A DNA stretch of 63,912 nt, counting the filler, from Dicyema japonicum (taxonomy: Eukaryota; Animalia; Dicyemida): assembly GCA_011109175.1 (NCBI GenBank). It is 9 parts of 9 records of this genome, joined end to end, with 100 filler letters (N's around TTAATTAATTAA, not from the genome) between each part and the next. Parts side by side here need not be neighbours in the genome. Positions count along the whole stretch, not along the records: positions 31,919 to 38,328 come from RDEW01000036.1; positions 38,429 to 44,559 come from RDEW01000191.1; positions 44,660 to 47,056 come from RDEW01000364.1; positions 47,157 to 60,623 come from RDEW01000012.1; 5 more parts are not named here. The stretch is one strand, 5' to 3'. Of the stretch, positions 37,850-50,689 are shown piece by piece. A program made the translations under genes and the position numbers. The stretch's first letter is position 1, and each line of letters opens with the position of its first letter. The notes under the pieces were generated by a model. The model ran no database searches. It was not told the DNA's origin and worked only from the letters and a program-made list of their open reading frames with translations.

Positions 37850-38328
37850 TAAAAAACACTCATTATACAATCGAGACGTGCAACACGGTTTTCACGCATT
37901 CAGCTCGCCACAAGACGACATGGCACGGACAAAAAAAACTCTGCCGGGGAGACTGTGAATATATACAATCAAATCGACTACATTATCTGCCGAAAGTATG
38001 ATAAACGCCTGCTCAATGATGCACCAGGGACAATAACTGACAGCGACCATAGGATCGTTATTGCAGAACTGTCTGTAAAAAAGCACTTTACTGGTAAAAA
38101 TATATATTGAAAACGCAAAGAAGGCGAGACAAAGCCCAATATATACTTTTAGACAGAAAAATTGTGGTTAGAGCCACCTGTAGGGCTAAATATCACGAAC
38201 AAATCGAGACTCACATGGAGAAAACCGCATCGGAATCATCAGTACAAACTCTGTGGCATTAAAAAAAGCAGGTAAAAAATGCAAGAAAAAGCCGAATTGA
38301 TTGCACGACACTTTGAAATATTGTTGAA
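37850..38328 (+). mobile_element. RTE LINE APE fragment, homologous to 49870-50419
   Basis: CNTVFTHSARHKTTWHGQ, IYNQIDYIICRK. Confidence 0.8.
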
Positions 38329-38429
38329 NNNNNNNNNNNNNNNNNNNNNNNNNNNNNNNNNNNNNNNNNNNNTTAATTAATTAANNNNNNNNNNNNNNNN
38401 NNNNNNNNNNNNNNNNNNNNNNNNNNNNG

Positions 38430-38880
38430 GCCTTTTCACATGAAATAGTTCAACATTATCTAACATTTTCGTGATCCTTTAATATTTTCGTCGGAGATTT
38501 AAACCAATCAGATCTGATGGAATCACTGATATAGATGGTTTAATGAGATATTCACTCAGAACAACATGGGAACTCTCATTTTTGTCAATAAATCATTGCA
38601 ATTTTATAGAATGCAATTAGTCGTCCTAAATATAATTTAAAATAACAACTATTGTTTCTTTCATTACTATTTGTAAAAACAGTGTCAATCGTTTTTTGTT
38701 TTACGAAAAGAGTCCTTTAATTTTTCAAATACTCTAATGGGTTTATCTTTTATCCGAATGTTTTCTCCTAAGATGATCCAACAATTTGGACGGTTTCATT
38801 GCATCATTTGATAATGACTTGTTACACAGTAAAACAATATGGTCTATTGTCAAAAGAATTTTTTAATAAATCCAAATGCT
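38430..38880 (-). pseudogene. hAT Charlie/Buster transposase N-terminal (BED finger) remnant
   Basis: CNKSLSNDAMKPSKLLDHLRRKH matches the NEAMKPSKLxRHLxxKH motif; later EYLIKP. Confidence 0.7.
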
Positions 38881-38957
38881 AAATGTTCATTTTTATATTT
38901 GACGAATTTTAATGTAGAAGTACGAATCATACACGAAACAAAAAACGAGCATGGTAA

Positions 38958-40352
38958 TTTTATTATTATTATTATTATTTAAGCCAAAGAAACACCGTCT
39001 TAACCACTAACTAATATTCAGTGATCCCGGCATCTCTCAATAATCGGGCCATTTTTTCTCAAATGTTTTCCGACCGTGATCCCACGCATTTTCTATACGC
39101 GGACGGGGGTCTTTTTTCCTTTCCTCTTCTGAAATTGCCCTCCAGTTGCCTCTATGATAGACTCGAGTGCTCTGGGGCAATTTCTTTGACTTTTCGGAAC
39201 ATGCATTTAATCGATTCTCGCACAACCATCCAAATATGTTATTTAGTATTCCTTGTAGTCTTTCCTTAGCATGTTCGACGTTTACGTCTCTAGATGCGAC
39301 AACTATGTCATCGGCATAGGAAAGTAGTATGTCATTATTATTCATAGGTACGGGGAGATCACTCAAAAACAAATTAAAAAGGATTGGTGACAGAGGAGAT
39401 CCTTGGGGTACACCATTGGGTAATAATCCCGATCTGGAACTCTTGTTTCCGACGGATACTTTCCCTCGGCGTCCACTTACGAAATTTGCTAACCATAACT
39501 TTAATGGTGCATCAATTTTTGTCAAAAATATTTTTCGTATGAGGATCTTCCTTGGGACAGAGTCGAAAGCTTTTTGAATATCGATCGTACATATGACCGA
39601 TTTTTCCTGTTTTGGCTTGTTCTTGTGTCCTTCAGTTATGAACTTCATTAATGTTGTTAGGAAGGAGGTTGTTGATAATCCTTCCTTGAAGCCATGTTGA
39701 AATGTACTTTGTGGGAGAAAAGGGCGAATAACTTTTAGGACCAGTTTCTCCAGGATCCTCGACAAAACACATATAAGGGATCGTTCTTCGGTCTTCCCGG
39801 CTTCAATATTGGTCGAATTTTTGATAGTTTCCACAAAGTCGGTATGGTATTTCGGTTCAGCGATGTGTTGTAGATGTTTGTTAATGCATTTATTGATGCT
39901 GGGCCCAAGTGTTTCAGCAGAATAAGAGGAATTCTGTCTAGGCCACATGAGTTTGTTTTTTTCTGATTTGATATTGCTTTGGATACATCTTTAGGGAGAA
40001 AATAAATCAGCGGGGCAAATTTGGATGGCTTTCTCTTTATTTTCGTTTGTGTGTTAATCTTTTTATAAGGAATGTGACTGATTCGAATACAATGTTTCAT
40101 ATATTTATTCAGATTGAGCTGGCATTGTTCTTTGTTATCTTCGTATTCTGGGTTCTTCAGACGCCTCAACATCTTCCACATGTTGGAAATTGAGGTCTGG
40201 TTATTCATGGCAGCAGAGATTTGCCTGAGTTTCTTCCTTTGGGTGTTGTTTGTGCTTTTCGTGATAAGAATGTTTAGTGACCTGATTCGATTAATAACCT
40301 CTCGTGAACGATGTATCATTTTCTTTTTTAATTTTAAAATTTTAAAGAACAA
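38958..40352 (-). mobile_element. Jockey/I-like LINE, RT region, frameshifted and internally deleted, with (TAA)n tail
   Basis: CGLDRIP, IPTLWK, QHGFKEGLST, DIQKAFDSV, GVPQGSPLSPILFNLF, YADDI; ends gccgggatcac (AGIT*) then an (AAT)n tail at 38960-38980. Confidence 0.9.
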
Positions 40353-40434
40353 AGGTTTACCACTTTAAAAATAAACTAACTTAATTTACTTTTTAACCCA
40401 CTTTATTTAACAAACAATAAAAAAGTTAATATAT

Positions 40435-42672
40435 TTAATAATCAACAACCTTCCTCGCCTGCCTGTTCGCCAGCCTCCTCAGGCAGGTTCGATTCTGGTT
40501 GCTGAAACAACTCCGAGAACGCTTGTCCAATTGAACCCTCTGCCCATATGGCATCTCCGGGCTCTGCCTCCTATACTCCAGTGTCAGGCTCTCTAGGGTC
40601 CGCTTTAATACAGTGGACTGTAGATAGGCCTGGAGCTTCCTATCTACCCCCAACTGCTTCAGATAACCCTTGTGGTACTTTGTTGCAATTCCTTCCCACG
40701 TCATTTACTANCCCTCTGCCCATATGGCATCTCAGGGCTCTGCCTCCTATACTCCAGTGTCAGGCTCTCTAGGGTCCGCTTTAACACAGTGGACTGTAGA
40801 TAGGCCTGGAGCTTCCTATCTACCCCCAACTGCTTCAGATAACCCTTGTGGTACTTTGTTGCAATTCCTTCCCACGTCATTACTATAGGAATAACGAGGA
40901 CCTTGCAACCAAGCATCTGCCCCATCTCGTTTGCAAGAAAGTCATACTTCCTTTTTTTCTCCACCTCCACAGTCTGCAAACGGTCTTGAGACGTGATGCC
41001 AACCTCTATGATAAGGACTTGGCCAGACTCCTTATCGTGTACCACAATGTCCGGTTTATTGTGCTTGACTAGCACCGAGGTACGGATAACACTGTCTACC
41101 TTAATTTGGACCCTGGTGTTCTCTACTACAGATTGCACCTTATGAGTCCGCAACTTTCTGGTGTGGCGAATACCATACTTATTGCATAGTAGAAGATGAA
41201 GACTCCTTACTACCTCGTTATGCCTCCACACATAGTCGTGGCAGAGCATGGATCCACATCGAGTGGCTAAATGATCAACCGACATGCTCCTTGACTTACA
41301 GTGGGGACATGTATTTGTTGATCGACCCCAAAAAATATTGCGGTCTTGCATATACGTGTACAACGCCTCCGATCGAGGTGAGTTGTCACCGTATTTTAGC
41401 CATATTGTCGACGACTTAAGGTCGACATGTGGGTTGTCCAATGCTCTGAAGAGGACCTTATGAAGGCTTTTTAAGTTGATCTTTTCCATCAAATTATTAT
41501 ATTGTAATTCGATCAACGCCTTCACATTTACTAGCCCACCATCATCAACACCATACTTAGCAGACAAAAAAGGTCTGATAGTGCCTAGGTGGGTTGCCCG
41601 TGTTTTCTCGGTCGTTATTATGGCGTGCTTCCTAGCAGACACACTTGACCCAGCTATCAGGGTGTCGTGCATTCGCATTAGGATACGCTCACTTAGTTGG
41701 ACTACTCCACACAGTCCACGGCCGAATTTATCACGGGGTAAATATAGTCTCTCCTTATTGGCTGCCACACATGGACATGGTTCTCTCTGAGTACTCCACG
41801 GATCATAACATCCATCTCATCATACTCTTTGGGCTCAAACTCCACAACACCTATGTAGTAGTTTAGCAGCGAGACAGCATACTCATTTAATGCTAGGAAC
41901 AAATTCCTTGCATTTAGAGACGTCTTACACAATAACGCTGCTCTTTTACGGATGCCTTCAGTAATTTGTCGCTTTGTCTCAGGCATTATAAGGGACTTTG
42001 GAGATTCGGTAACACCCAGATACTTATATCCTTCGTGTTCCTCTAGGACTCTTACTAACTCGCTACATACTTGCGTGTTAGTCGCAGACTTTGAATAATT
42101 CAAATCTAGCCCTATACTCTCAAAGAATTCCCTGGCACAGACCCCCATGGAGTAGAGCTCCTCGGCTGTTCGAGCATACATCTTCAGGTCATCGATAAAA
42201 AGAAGGTGATTTGTACTGAAACAGACCCCTTCACAATGAACTGGTATTTGCTCAAACCGGTCATTGAGGCGGCGACTCAATGGCTCCAAACAGAGAACAA
42301 AGAGTAGCGGAGACATGCTATCCCCCTGAAGGATCCCCCTCTTGAGTTTTACCTCGCCTATCCGGTGCCTATTATAGTTCAGATGAATACTCCACCTATT
42401 CATCACAGCCACTACAAAGCTGATGAACCACACAGGCATACACAGACTGTGTAGGCACTCGACAAGTAAGAATGATCAACTGAATCGTAAGCCTTCTTCA
42501 CATCACCCACATGGACAAAAGTGAGTTTCCGTGAGACACAGAAAGGCATTTGTTGATCAAAGCCTGCTCTTTTGCCCCCTGACAATTTCGCACAGTTCCC
42601 AACTGATTCTCGGAGAGAATCCCATTTGCTTCTACAAAGCTTCTGACCTCATTAGCCACCAATTTGGTAAAG
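40435..42672 (-). mobile_element. R4/Dong-like RLE non-LTR retrotransposon (RT + CCHC + RLE), few disablements, 5' part missing
   Basis: NQLGTV..CQGAKEQAL, KKAYDSVDH, GILQGDSMSPLLF, HLLFIDDLK, LPRDKFGRGL, CPHC..DHLATRC, RHNEVV, KPDIVV, IEVG, KKRKY. Confidence 0.92.
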
Positions 42673-42690
42673 TATAAATAATAACATAGA

Positions 42691-43656
42691 AATGAAACTA
42701 TCTTCACGTAAAACTGCACAAATTATTCAATTAAAAGATGCTGGTTTTAACAAAAACAGATTGCGTCTACACTGAACGTTTCCCACCAACTATTTTTGAA
42801 CAAATAAAAAGACTTCTGAAACCTACATAACAGAACGCCGACAAAGCAGAGGTGTCCATAATGTTTGTTCTGATGATATTTCAAACATCATTTGTTATGA
42901 ATTTGAGCAAACCCAAAAATGTCATTAAGAAAACATTGAACAATGAAGAATGATAGAAACAAATCAATTAGTCAAATGACAATTAAAAGAATATTGAATA
43001 GTAAAAAAATACAAACCAATAAAAAAGCCACTGTTGACACCAATAATAATCAAATTACGTTTTGAAGCAGCCTGTAAGTGGCTTCAATATGATCAAAAGA
43101 ACCTGAATAGTATTATTTTTTCCATGAATGTAAATTCAACCTTTTCTACTCAGATGAAAAGCTTTTTGTTTGGCGAAAACACATTAAGGGGTTAGAACCC
43201 AAAAATATTTAACATAGTCAAACATGGTGGTGGTAGTTTGATGGTTTGTTTTTCATATTATGGTGTCGGTAAATTACTTTTTATTGATGGGATATTGGAT
43301 AAATTCAAATATATTGATATTCTATCAAAGAATTCGTTTTCTTTTGCAGAAAAAATGAAGATTTCTAAATTTGTGTTCCAGCAGGATAACGATTCTAAAC
43401 ACACTGGGAAGCTTACAAAACAATTTTTAAGTGAAAAAAAGTTGAATTGTTGCAATGGTCCCCTCAATCTTTTGATTGTAACCCAATAGAGAACTTATGG
43501 GGAACAATTAAAACGAAAATAGCAGAAAACGCGCCCCAAAATTTTTTGAACATTTGGAATGGATTCGACGTGGAAACATGCAAAAAATTATCATTGAGTT
43601 TTAGAAAAAGGATATTGGATGTTTGTCATGCAAAGGGTAGATATATTAATTATTAA
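42691..43656 (+). pseudogene. Degenerate Tc1 transposase
   Basis: KKPLLT, ECKFNLFYSD, VKHGGGSLMV, FQQDNDSKHT, WSPQSFDCNPIENLW; multiple frameshifts. Confidence 0.88.
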
Positions 43657-44176
43657 TTAGATGGTTTTCATAGTTACTTTTGAAATATAACATTTTTGCT
43701 TTTACAAAATCTAACACATTAAAATTGTCTAAAATTATGCATTTTTAAATATTTTGAAAATTTTTAAATCGTAGATAATAATTAATGTCATTAAAGTGAT
43801 GTAAATATTTAAATTTAATATTATCTAATTTTAAATGGGTTTTGAAGATATACCATTCTGCTGTTACAGACTGTAGATTTGCTGTCTATCGTGTCTCGAT
43901 TAGTTTGTGCTTAAATTCCCACAACGCTAGCTACCAGGTCGATGGATTCCTTTCTACTCTTTGTCTTCTTTGGTTCCTAATAGTTCCCACAATAACGGAT
44001 ATGGAATGCGTTTCACTCCAGCCATGGGAACTGAATATTAATTGGACGTTAATTAACTCATAACATCGTTCCGGTATACCCGAGGTTTAAAAGAATTAAT
44101 CAAACTCCAATCGCCCACATGGATGCATCTACATTTAAAAATTTAAATTAAATAAAAATTCAAATTAAAAATAAAA

Positions 44177-44559
44177 TCACCAACAAAACGGAGCCTTTTC
44201 TCTTATACTTATAGTCCCAAATTTATTCCAGGCATCCTTGTGTACCCACAGGTCGTTAAGTGATTCAAGAAAGGCCATAATGGAGGCTCCCTTCCAACAA
44301 ACAACCTCATCATCCAAATTCTGAAGAATTTATCCAAAACTGACCTTTGGTTTACTGACAACAGAAATCTCACAACTGTCCTGTACGTTCCTCGGCAAAT
44401 TTGCCCTGATGGCCTGCTGTAGAAACTTATGTGCTCCTTTAAACTTCATCCCTCCGCCAACGAGCAGCACAGAGGCCAACATCCGGCCTTTCAAGTCGTC
44501 CGATTCTATGACTAAAGTTGACAGATTACCACAGCGATCCAAACTGAAGACAATAGCCT
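44177..44559 (-). CDS. ACTR8: 3' end of actin-related protein 8; introns 44506-44529 and 44321-44344 (24 nt each); 5' lost at gap
   Basis: Spliced: AIVFSLDRCESDDLKGRMLASVLLVGGGMKFKGAHKFLQ...VVSKPK|NLDDEVVCWKGASIMAFLESLNDLWVHKDAWNKFGTISIREKAPFCW*, collinear with the ARP8 C-terminus. Confidence 0.9.
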
Positions 44560-44822
44560 NNNNNNNNNNNNNNNNNNNNNNNNNNNNNNNNNNNNNNNNN
44601 NNNTTAATTAATTAANNNNNNNNNNNNNNNNNNNNNNNNNNNNNNNNNNNNNNNNNNNNACATCATTTTCAAACATAATAATGATAAAATCTCAATACAG
44701 GACACGTTTAAACAAATGCCTACCGTGGGGTTGTATGAGAATAGCAATATGATCATATGAGCCAGATTTCTAAATAATTGCAGGAGAATTACAATTCCAA
44801 AAATCGCATTAAATTTTTATTA

Positions 44823-46418
44823 TAAAATAAAAATTCTCTCCCTTTTTAATGTGTTTGTTTTTTGTTCTCTTATTTTGTTAAATAAAATCTAATATTAAAA
44901 AAATTGTTATTAAAATACAAAAAATTGATTTATGTCGATCGCCAGACAAATCGCTATACAAAAAGCAGCTCGCGAGCGAAAAAGGTTGGCCACCCTGTCG
45001 TAGGGTATCACTCCATACTTTAAGTATTCATCCGAATGTCGTTTTACTTTTTTATCACACATCTATAAAATATTTAATAAAATTAAAAAATACATCAGTA
45101 AATAATTTTTTAGAAAAGTACACACAAGAAACACTAGAAAAGTAGAATTAATTTAAATTTCTTCTACACTATCTATGATTAAAGAAAGAAACTGACTGAG
45201 GAACAAACTCAGAAAATGTGTCGACTGGATGGACCGGATTACATTGACTGGTCAACTAAAGATAATCAAAAAAGCCATTGAAGAAGGAACAAGACGGGTA
45301 AGTAAAAAGTGGTAAGGATAATTAGCATCAAAACTATTCTACTATTCAAATCAGACAGACCTTACTTCAATCAGATCGGAAGAGATTTTTAGATTTTTCA
45401 ACCAAAACAGTGTTTCAATTCAAAATTCGACATATTGCTTTATGCTACGTTTAAAAGTCATTGTAAAATACCTCTGGTTGTGGTCACTGCCGTTGACAAC
45501 GAAATTAAATGTTAGAATACCCCATATTTAAAAGTCTTGTATTCTGAAAAGAATAGTCAGAATGAAGACCGAATGCATGCTTGTCTTTGATCTTGAAATT
45601 CTTTATTTTCTCGTATTTTTGATTATCGAATGTCCTGAAATTACGAAACTGAGTTTAAAACTTATTTTTGTGAGATAAGCAACCTAACCACGACTCTATG
45701 GAATCAGATGAAATGTCTGAGAACCAAGTATGTTCAGTTTAACCAGTTTAGTCTTCCACGTGGAGAATATTAATTAAGTTGTCCCGTCGGTTTTTCTAAT
45801 CCGTATTAATTAATCCAAGACATCCAAGGTGTTCTCAACTACTTGTTCTTTTCTTTTTGTTGTGTGTGAGTCCTTGAGATAATCCAGCTCTACAGTGGTT
45901 TCACTGATGACGATGTTACTCTTCAATCACAGAAGCGTGGAACCTTCTGCCAAAATAGACAGTAGCGAATTTTGAACTCAGCACCATCTGGATTTGCTCC
46001 AGCACCATCTGGATTCGGCATGTCAACAAACTCTAAGGTATCCTATAAACACAGGGATTTTCAGACATCAAAACTGTCGTAATCGGTAAATTGCCTTTGT
46101 AACTCTTTAATAATCATTAACAAAAATTTGATGGTTATAATAACCCTTCTTACTGGATTAGCTATGTTTTTGCTAGTAAATTTCCACTAGATAGGTTCTC
46201 CAAGGTTACCAGCCTCTGGCTGTATGGAGTGATACCCTACGACAGGGGTGGCCAACCTTTTTCGCTCGCGAGCTGCTTTTTATATAGCGATTTGTCTGGC
46301 GATCGACATAAATCAATTTTTTGTATTTTAATAACAATTTTTTTAATATTAGATTTTATTTAACAAAACAAGAGAACAAGAAACAAACACATTGAAAAGG
46401 GAGAGAATTTTTATTTTA
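44823..46418. repeat. About 196-bp inverted repeat (44823-45018 / 46222-46418), each arm containing a hAT-type terminus
   Basis: Arms are near-identical reverse complements; CAGGGGTGGCCAACCTTTT reads outward in both. Confidence 0.9.
45823..45985 (-). mobile_element. tRNA-derived SINE copy, degenerate
   Basis: cactgatgacgatgttactc, gcgtggaaccttc and a degenerate B-box. Confidence 0.65.
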
Positions 46419-46429
46419 GTTTCGTTAGA

Positions 46430-47056
46430 AGGAATGACTCTACAGTTAGAGCCTATATTACCCTATTTCAGTTGGATAGTGTGATATTCCTTTATAGAGT
46501 AATAGGGCATTAAATAACTAAAGCAGAACTGGCATTGTGAAAGGGAACCTGACTGTGTAATAACAACAAAGGAGCGTGATATTCTTGGCGGTTTTAACAC
46601 TGTGATTTCTGCCCAGTGCCCTGAATGTCAGTGTGAAAAGGAGAAGACAGTTATGTTGATAAATCATAAGGAGGAAAACCATCAAGAATTTCAGTTATTC
46701 CAGTTACTGATTGAGGATTGCTGATGCGGTATCGCTTCTTTTTTTAGCTGCGTTCAAGTCCCAGTAAAAAATTTAGTACAAGGATAACTGGGGATTTAAA
46801 ATACGTATCCATTTGTAAGCATGTGAAATATTTCTAGAGAACTTAATGCCTTTCCAAAGTATACATTGCTTTGTAACGTCACGACCTTTAGAGTTCCATT
46901 TAGATCACCCCCAATTAGAGAAGACATAGCCTACTAGGACATAATTAACAAGAGGGAGCCAAACGAGTAGGGGGAATTATGAAGAATATCGTACGGGAAC
47001 GAACTTTAAAGATGTCTGAACAAATGTCTGAGAAGGTATCATATGTAATCATTTGC
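46430..47056 (+). other. Unidentified spliced gene or pseudogene fragment
   Basis: Series of 21-33 nt GT..AG segments between purine-rich exon-like blocks (e.g. CPECQCEKEK); I could not build a stop-free model. Confidence 0.3.
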
Positions 47057-47156
47057 NNNNNNNNNNNNNNNNNNNNNNNNNNNNNNNNNNNNNNNNNNNN
47101 TTAATTAATTAANNNNNNNNNNNNNNNNNNNNNNNNNNNNNNNNNNNNNNNNNNNN

Positions 47157-47800
47157 ACGTCTGTCCTTTCAGCCAGAGCGGGTGTTTTGTATTTAGGTCT
47201 CCGCAAAGAACGTTCTTTAGTGAGCTGATGACGAAAATTTTAGGCAAGTGGCTGATGATGAAGTAGGTAGATAAGAATTGATCAGAGTAAGACGTTTCGT
47301 GGAAGTTAAATTTTTGTAGTCAGAATTTAGTTAATTTCATGGTTTCGGAGGCGATTGTTGACGTATTGGGTTATATCTTCATAAAGGATCCAGAATCGTA
47401 TGATAGTTAGTTAGCCTCCCCAAATTTTTCCATATCTATTTTTGCGGATAACCGTGGAAGTTAAATTTTTGTAGTCAGAATTTAGTTAATTTTATGGTTT
47501 CGGAGGCGATTGTTGACGTATTGGGTTATATCTTCGTAAAGGATCCAGAATCGTATGATAGTTAGTTAGCCTCCCCAAAGTTTTCCACATCTATTTTTGC
47601 AGATAACTCAGTATCCAAGAAATCTTGGAGTTGTAATCGCACTTCTGAGTTTGGATTCTTTTAATAGAAGGACGTCAATTCGATATTTTTCCATTAGGTT
47701 TCTGAGTTCGATAGTCTTACATTTGATCCCGTTTACTTTTATTTGCATTATCTTTAAGGGTCCGGGTTCGATTCAACGTACCCACTCAAAGACATTCCGT
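47157..47800 (-). mobile_element. LINE APE fragment containing a 155-bp tandem duplication (47298/47453)
   Basis: LTLINSYLP, VLCGDLNTKHPLW. Confidence 0.6.
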
Positions 47801-48239
47801 CTTGTCATTCTATCTTTGTAAGATAGGGGCAATGTAACTCTTTTCTTTAAATTGTCTCAAGTTTGGTGAGTTACGTGACATTCAACAACAAAACACGGTC
47901 GTTACCGATGACAGCGGTCTTCTGGTCTTCATATGCAGAATCAACGTTGTTAGCTCTCAGCTTTTGAGAAATCTGGGACCACATTGTGCCATTTTAAACA
48001 CAAAAAGAAGAAAGACTTTCATGTGATATTGTGTATGAGGAAATTGAGAGTCAAAATGGATATGATTTTTTTTTGTTTTTTTCAGGTACGATCATTCCAT
48101 CACTCCTTTATGAACTGAATCACTCAGTTAGTTGAGAATCTTTAATTTCTTTTCTTTGACCCAGTGATTATATGAACTCGTTATTTCATCCAGTATTAGA
48201 ATTCATGTGAAAATTAAATTTTTGGAAAATAAGTTGAAG

Positions 48240-49000
48240 ATATGATATACTTAAAGGGTTTTATTCATCTGTTCTACTTGGCGTTCTATCCATCGGAATC
48301 TTGTACTACCCCTGACTGTTTAATTTGGTACTCCATACATAATTTTAAAATGTTTTTATTCACAAATTCTTTGCCATCATCAGTATATAGAATTATCTGT
48401 TTTCCAAACATAGCATATTTTTAGAAGGCGTGAGACACCTCTATGGCTGATTTGGTTATTAAAGGTGTCGTTAAACAAAACTTAGAAAATGAATCAAATC
48501 TACTAGTAGCCGGGAATAATTCTCATTGTCATGGACAAAATAGTTCAAATCAATTAAATCAAAAATATATTTAATATCAAACTAAATAGTGATACCTTTC
48601 TCTCACTATATATGCTCTGACAAATGTTATTGCTTGTCGGATAAGCATAAATTGTCTTGCTTGACATTATCAGACAAGATTTTAAAAGAAAATGACCTTA
48701 TTCCTGCACGATCTATAAACTAAATCTTTAAAAAAGGAAAGTAGTCTATCTCGACCTGGATGTCTATTTTTAAGGTGTATATTTTCAATAAAAATTTTCT
48801 TTTGCTCTACTTTTTCTACAGCAATTTTATGCAAAAAAAATTCCGGATGTTTTAAAGTATAAAATATCAGAATTCGGATCATACAATTGAAATAATGACG
48901 CCGTCCTTCTAAAATTCAATATATACTGTATCATTTTATCAGGTAAAACACCATCTTTGAGAAAAGCAATTATTTCATTCTTTCTCTCGATCGTCAAATC
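48240..49000 (-). pseudogene. Ginger-type (KRABA2/SCAND3-like) rve integrase remnant
   Basis: IHLKNRHPGRDRL...CQAR (HHCC), RERY..DLIDL, DSFSKF, TDDGKEF, QVEQMNKTL (D-D-E core); frameshifted. Confidence 0.75.
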
Positions 49001-49869
49001 AACTAACTTTATAACAGAAAACGTATACTAGAGTGCTCTGGATTGCTCTTTTATTTCATAAGAGTTAAACCAATCTAAAAAATAAACTTTTCTTTATAAT
49101 TTAAATTTTTAATAAAAAAAATTTTTTAATTTATAAAAAAAATCTAAAATAATGAATAGTGAGATTATTAAACAATAATTGAGAATTTTTAATATTTCAC
49201 TTAGCTAATTTAATTTATTGGTTGAGGTGGTGATGAAGCCTCTATTGCACTATGTCTTATTCGTTATCCTTATAGACTTTTCCGTTCACACTGGGATCTT
49301 TTAATTGCAGAGGACTTAAATAACTTCACAAGAAACACCAACTGGTATGCGATGTAACAAAGTACGACGTCTCTATCTGCTACCGACATTATGGTCTCAG
49401 ATTTGCAGTCCATCGGGACCTGATTCACTGTGTTACATAATTTTGGGCAGCATCTAGCATTATAATAAACATGGCTAACGACTTAGACTACCTAAGAGAA
49501 CTAGCGCGCAACAGAGGATCATGGTCGAGGCTGACGGAGAGGATGATTAGGAATACGGCACAAGGGAAATTTTATTAATTTAATGTTTTCTCGAGATTGC
49601 TTTTAAATAATAATAATTAAAATAGTTTTGCGGTTTTACCTCGCCAAGGCGGATTATCGGCAATATTGATTTAGGTGGATAGTTCTCAACTTGAAATCGT
49701 TGTCAACCGGTCGTAATAATTATTAAAATTATCGTAGAATTAATCTTTATATCGGAAACATGTGTGTGTCGAAGGTGATCTCCAAGATTTTCAGTTTCTT
49801 CGTTAAAGGTATTTTTGTCTGGTTGATAAAATTATCTACTGTCATTTGTCCAAGTCTTTTGTCTGAGGT

Positions 49870-50419
49870 AAATAAAGACGAAGAAAATTTTTCAGTAGAT
49901 ATATCCTCTATTGGAAGACACGGGTGCGGAAGGAGAAATGCATCTGGAGCCTCTCTGGTGAACATTGAGGCAAATAGCCTTTTCCTGTGCAACACGGCCT
50001 TTACGCACTCAGCTTGCCACAAGACGACGTGGCACGGACAAAGAAAAAACTCTGTCGGTAGGACCGTGAATATATATAATCAAATCGACTACATTATCTG
50101 CCGAAAGTCTTATAAACACCTTATAAATGATGCACGTTCCTACCAGGGAACAACAACCGACAGCTACCGCAGGATCGTCATTGCAAAACCTTCTGTTAAA
50201 AAACATTTGACTGGGAAAAAATACATTGGAAAAGCGAAGAAGCCGAGACAACCGCCCAATATATACTTTCAGAGAGAAAAATCGTGGTTAGAGCCTACTT
50301 GTTCAGCTAAATATCAAGAACAAATCGAGACTCTTATGGAGAAAACCGCACCGGAATCATCAGTACGAACTCTGTCGGATCAAACAAAGCAGATAATCTC
50401 CAAGTCGGCAAATATATGA
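49870..50419 (+). mobile_element. RTE LINE APE C-terminal fragment
   Basis: IGRHGCGRRNASG, CNTAFTH..HKTTW, NQIDYII, DARSY.GTTTDS. Confidence 0.85.
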
Positions 50420-50689
50420 CTTAGAGTCCAAAATCATCACTCCCTAAACTTGGATCATCACCCCAACGAACTCCTACTTATCAACGAAGGATATAGTTTA
50501 GAGTTACAAATAAAGTTTCTTTATAAACCAAAGATACAAAAATATAACTATAATCCTTGTCATAAGACCTCTTGAAGGTTTTCGAAATAATCCATCGAGA
50601 TCTACGCAGTAAAGGAATTTTTGGAATCTGAGTCAATGAAAATGATTAGAGTTATTTTACCCGGACTGCGCTGGTTACACTTAAGAGGC

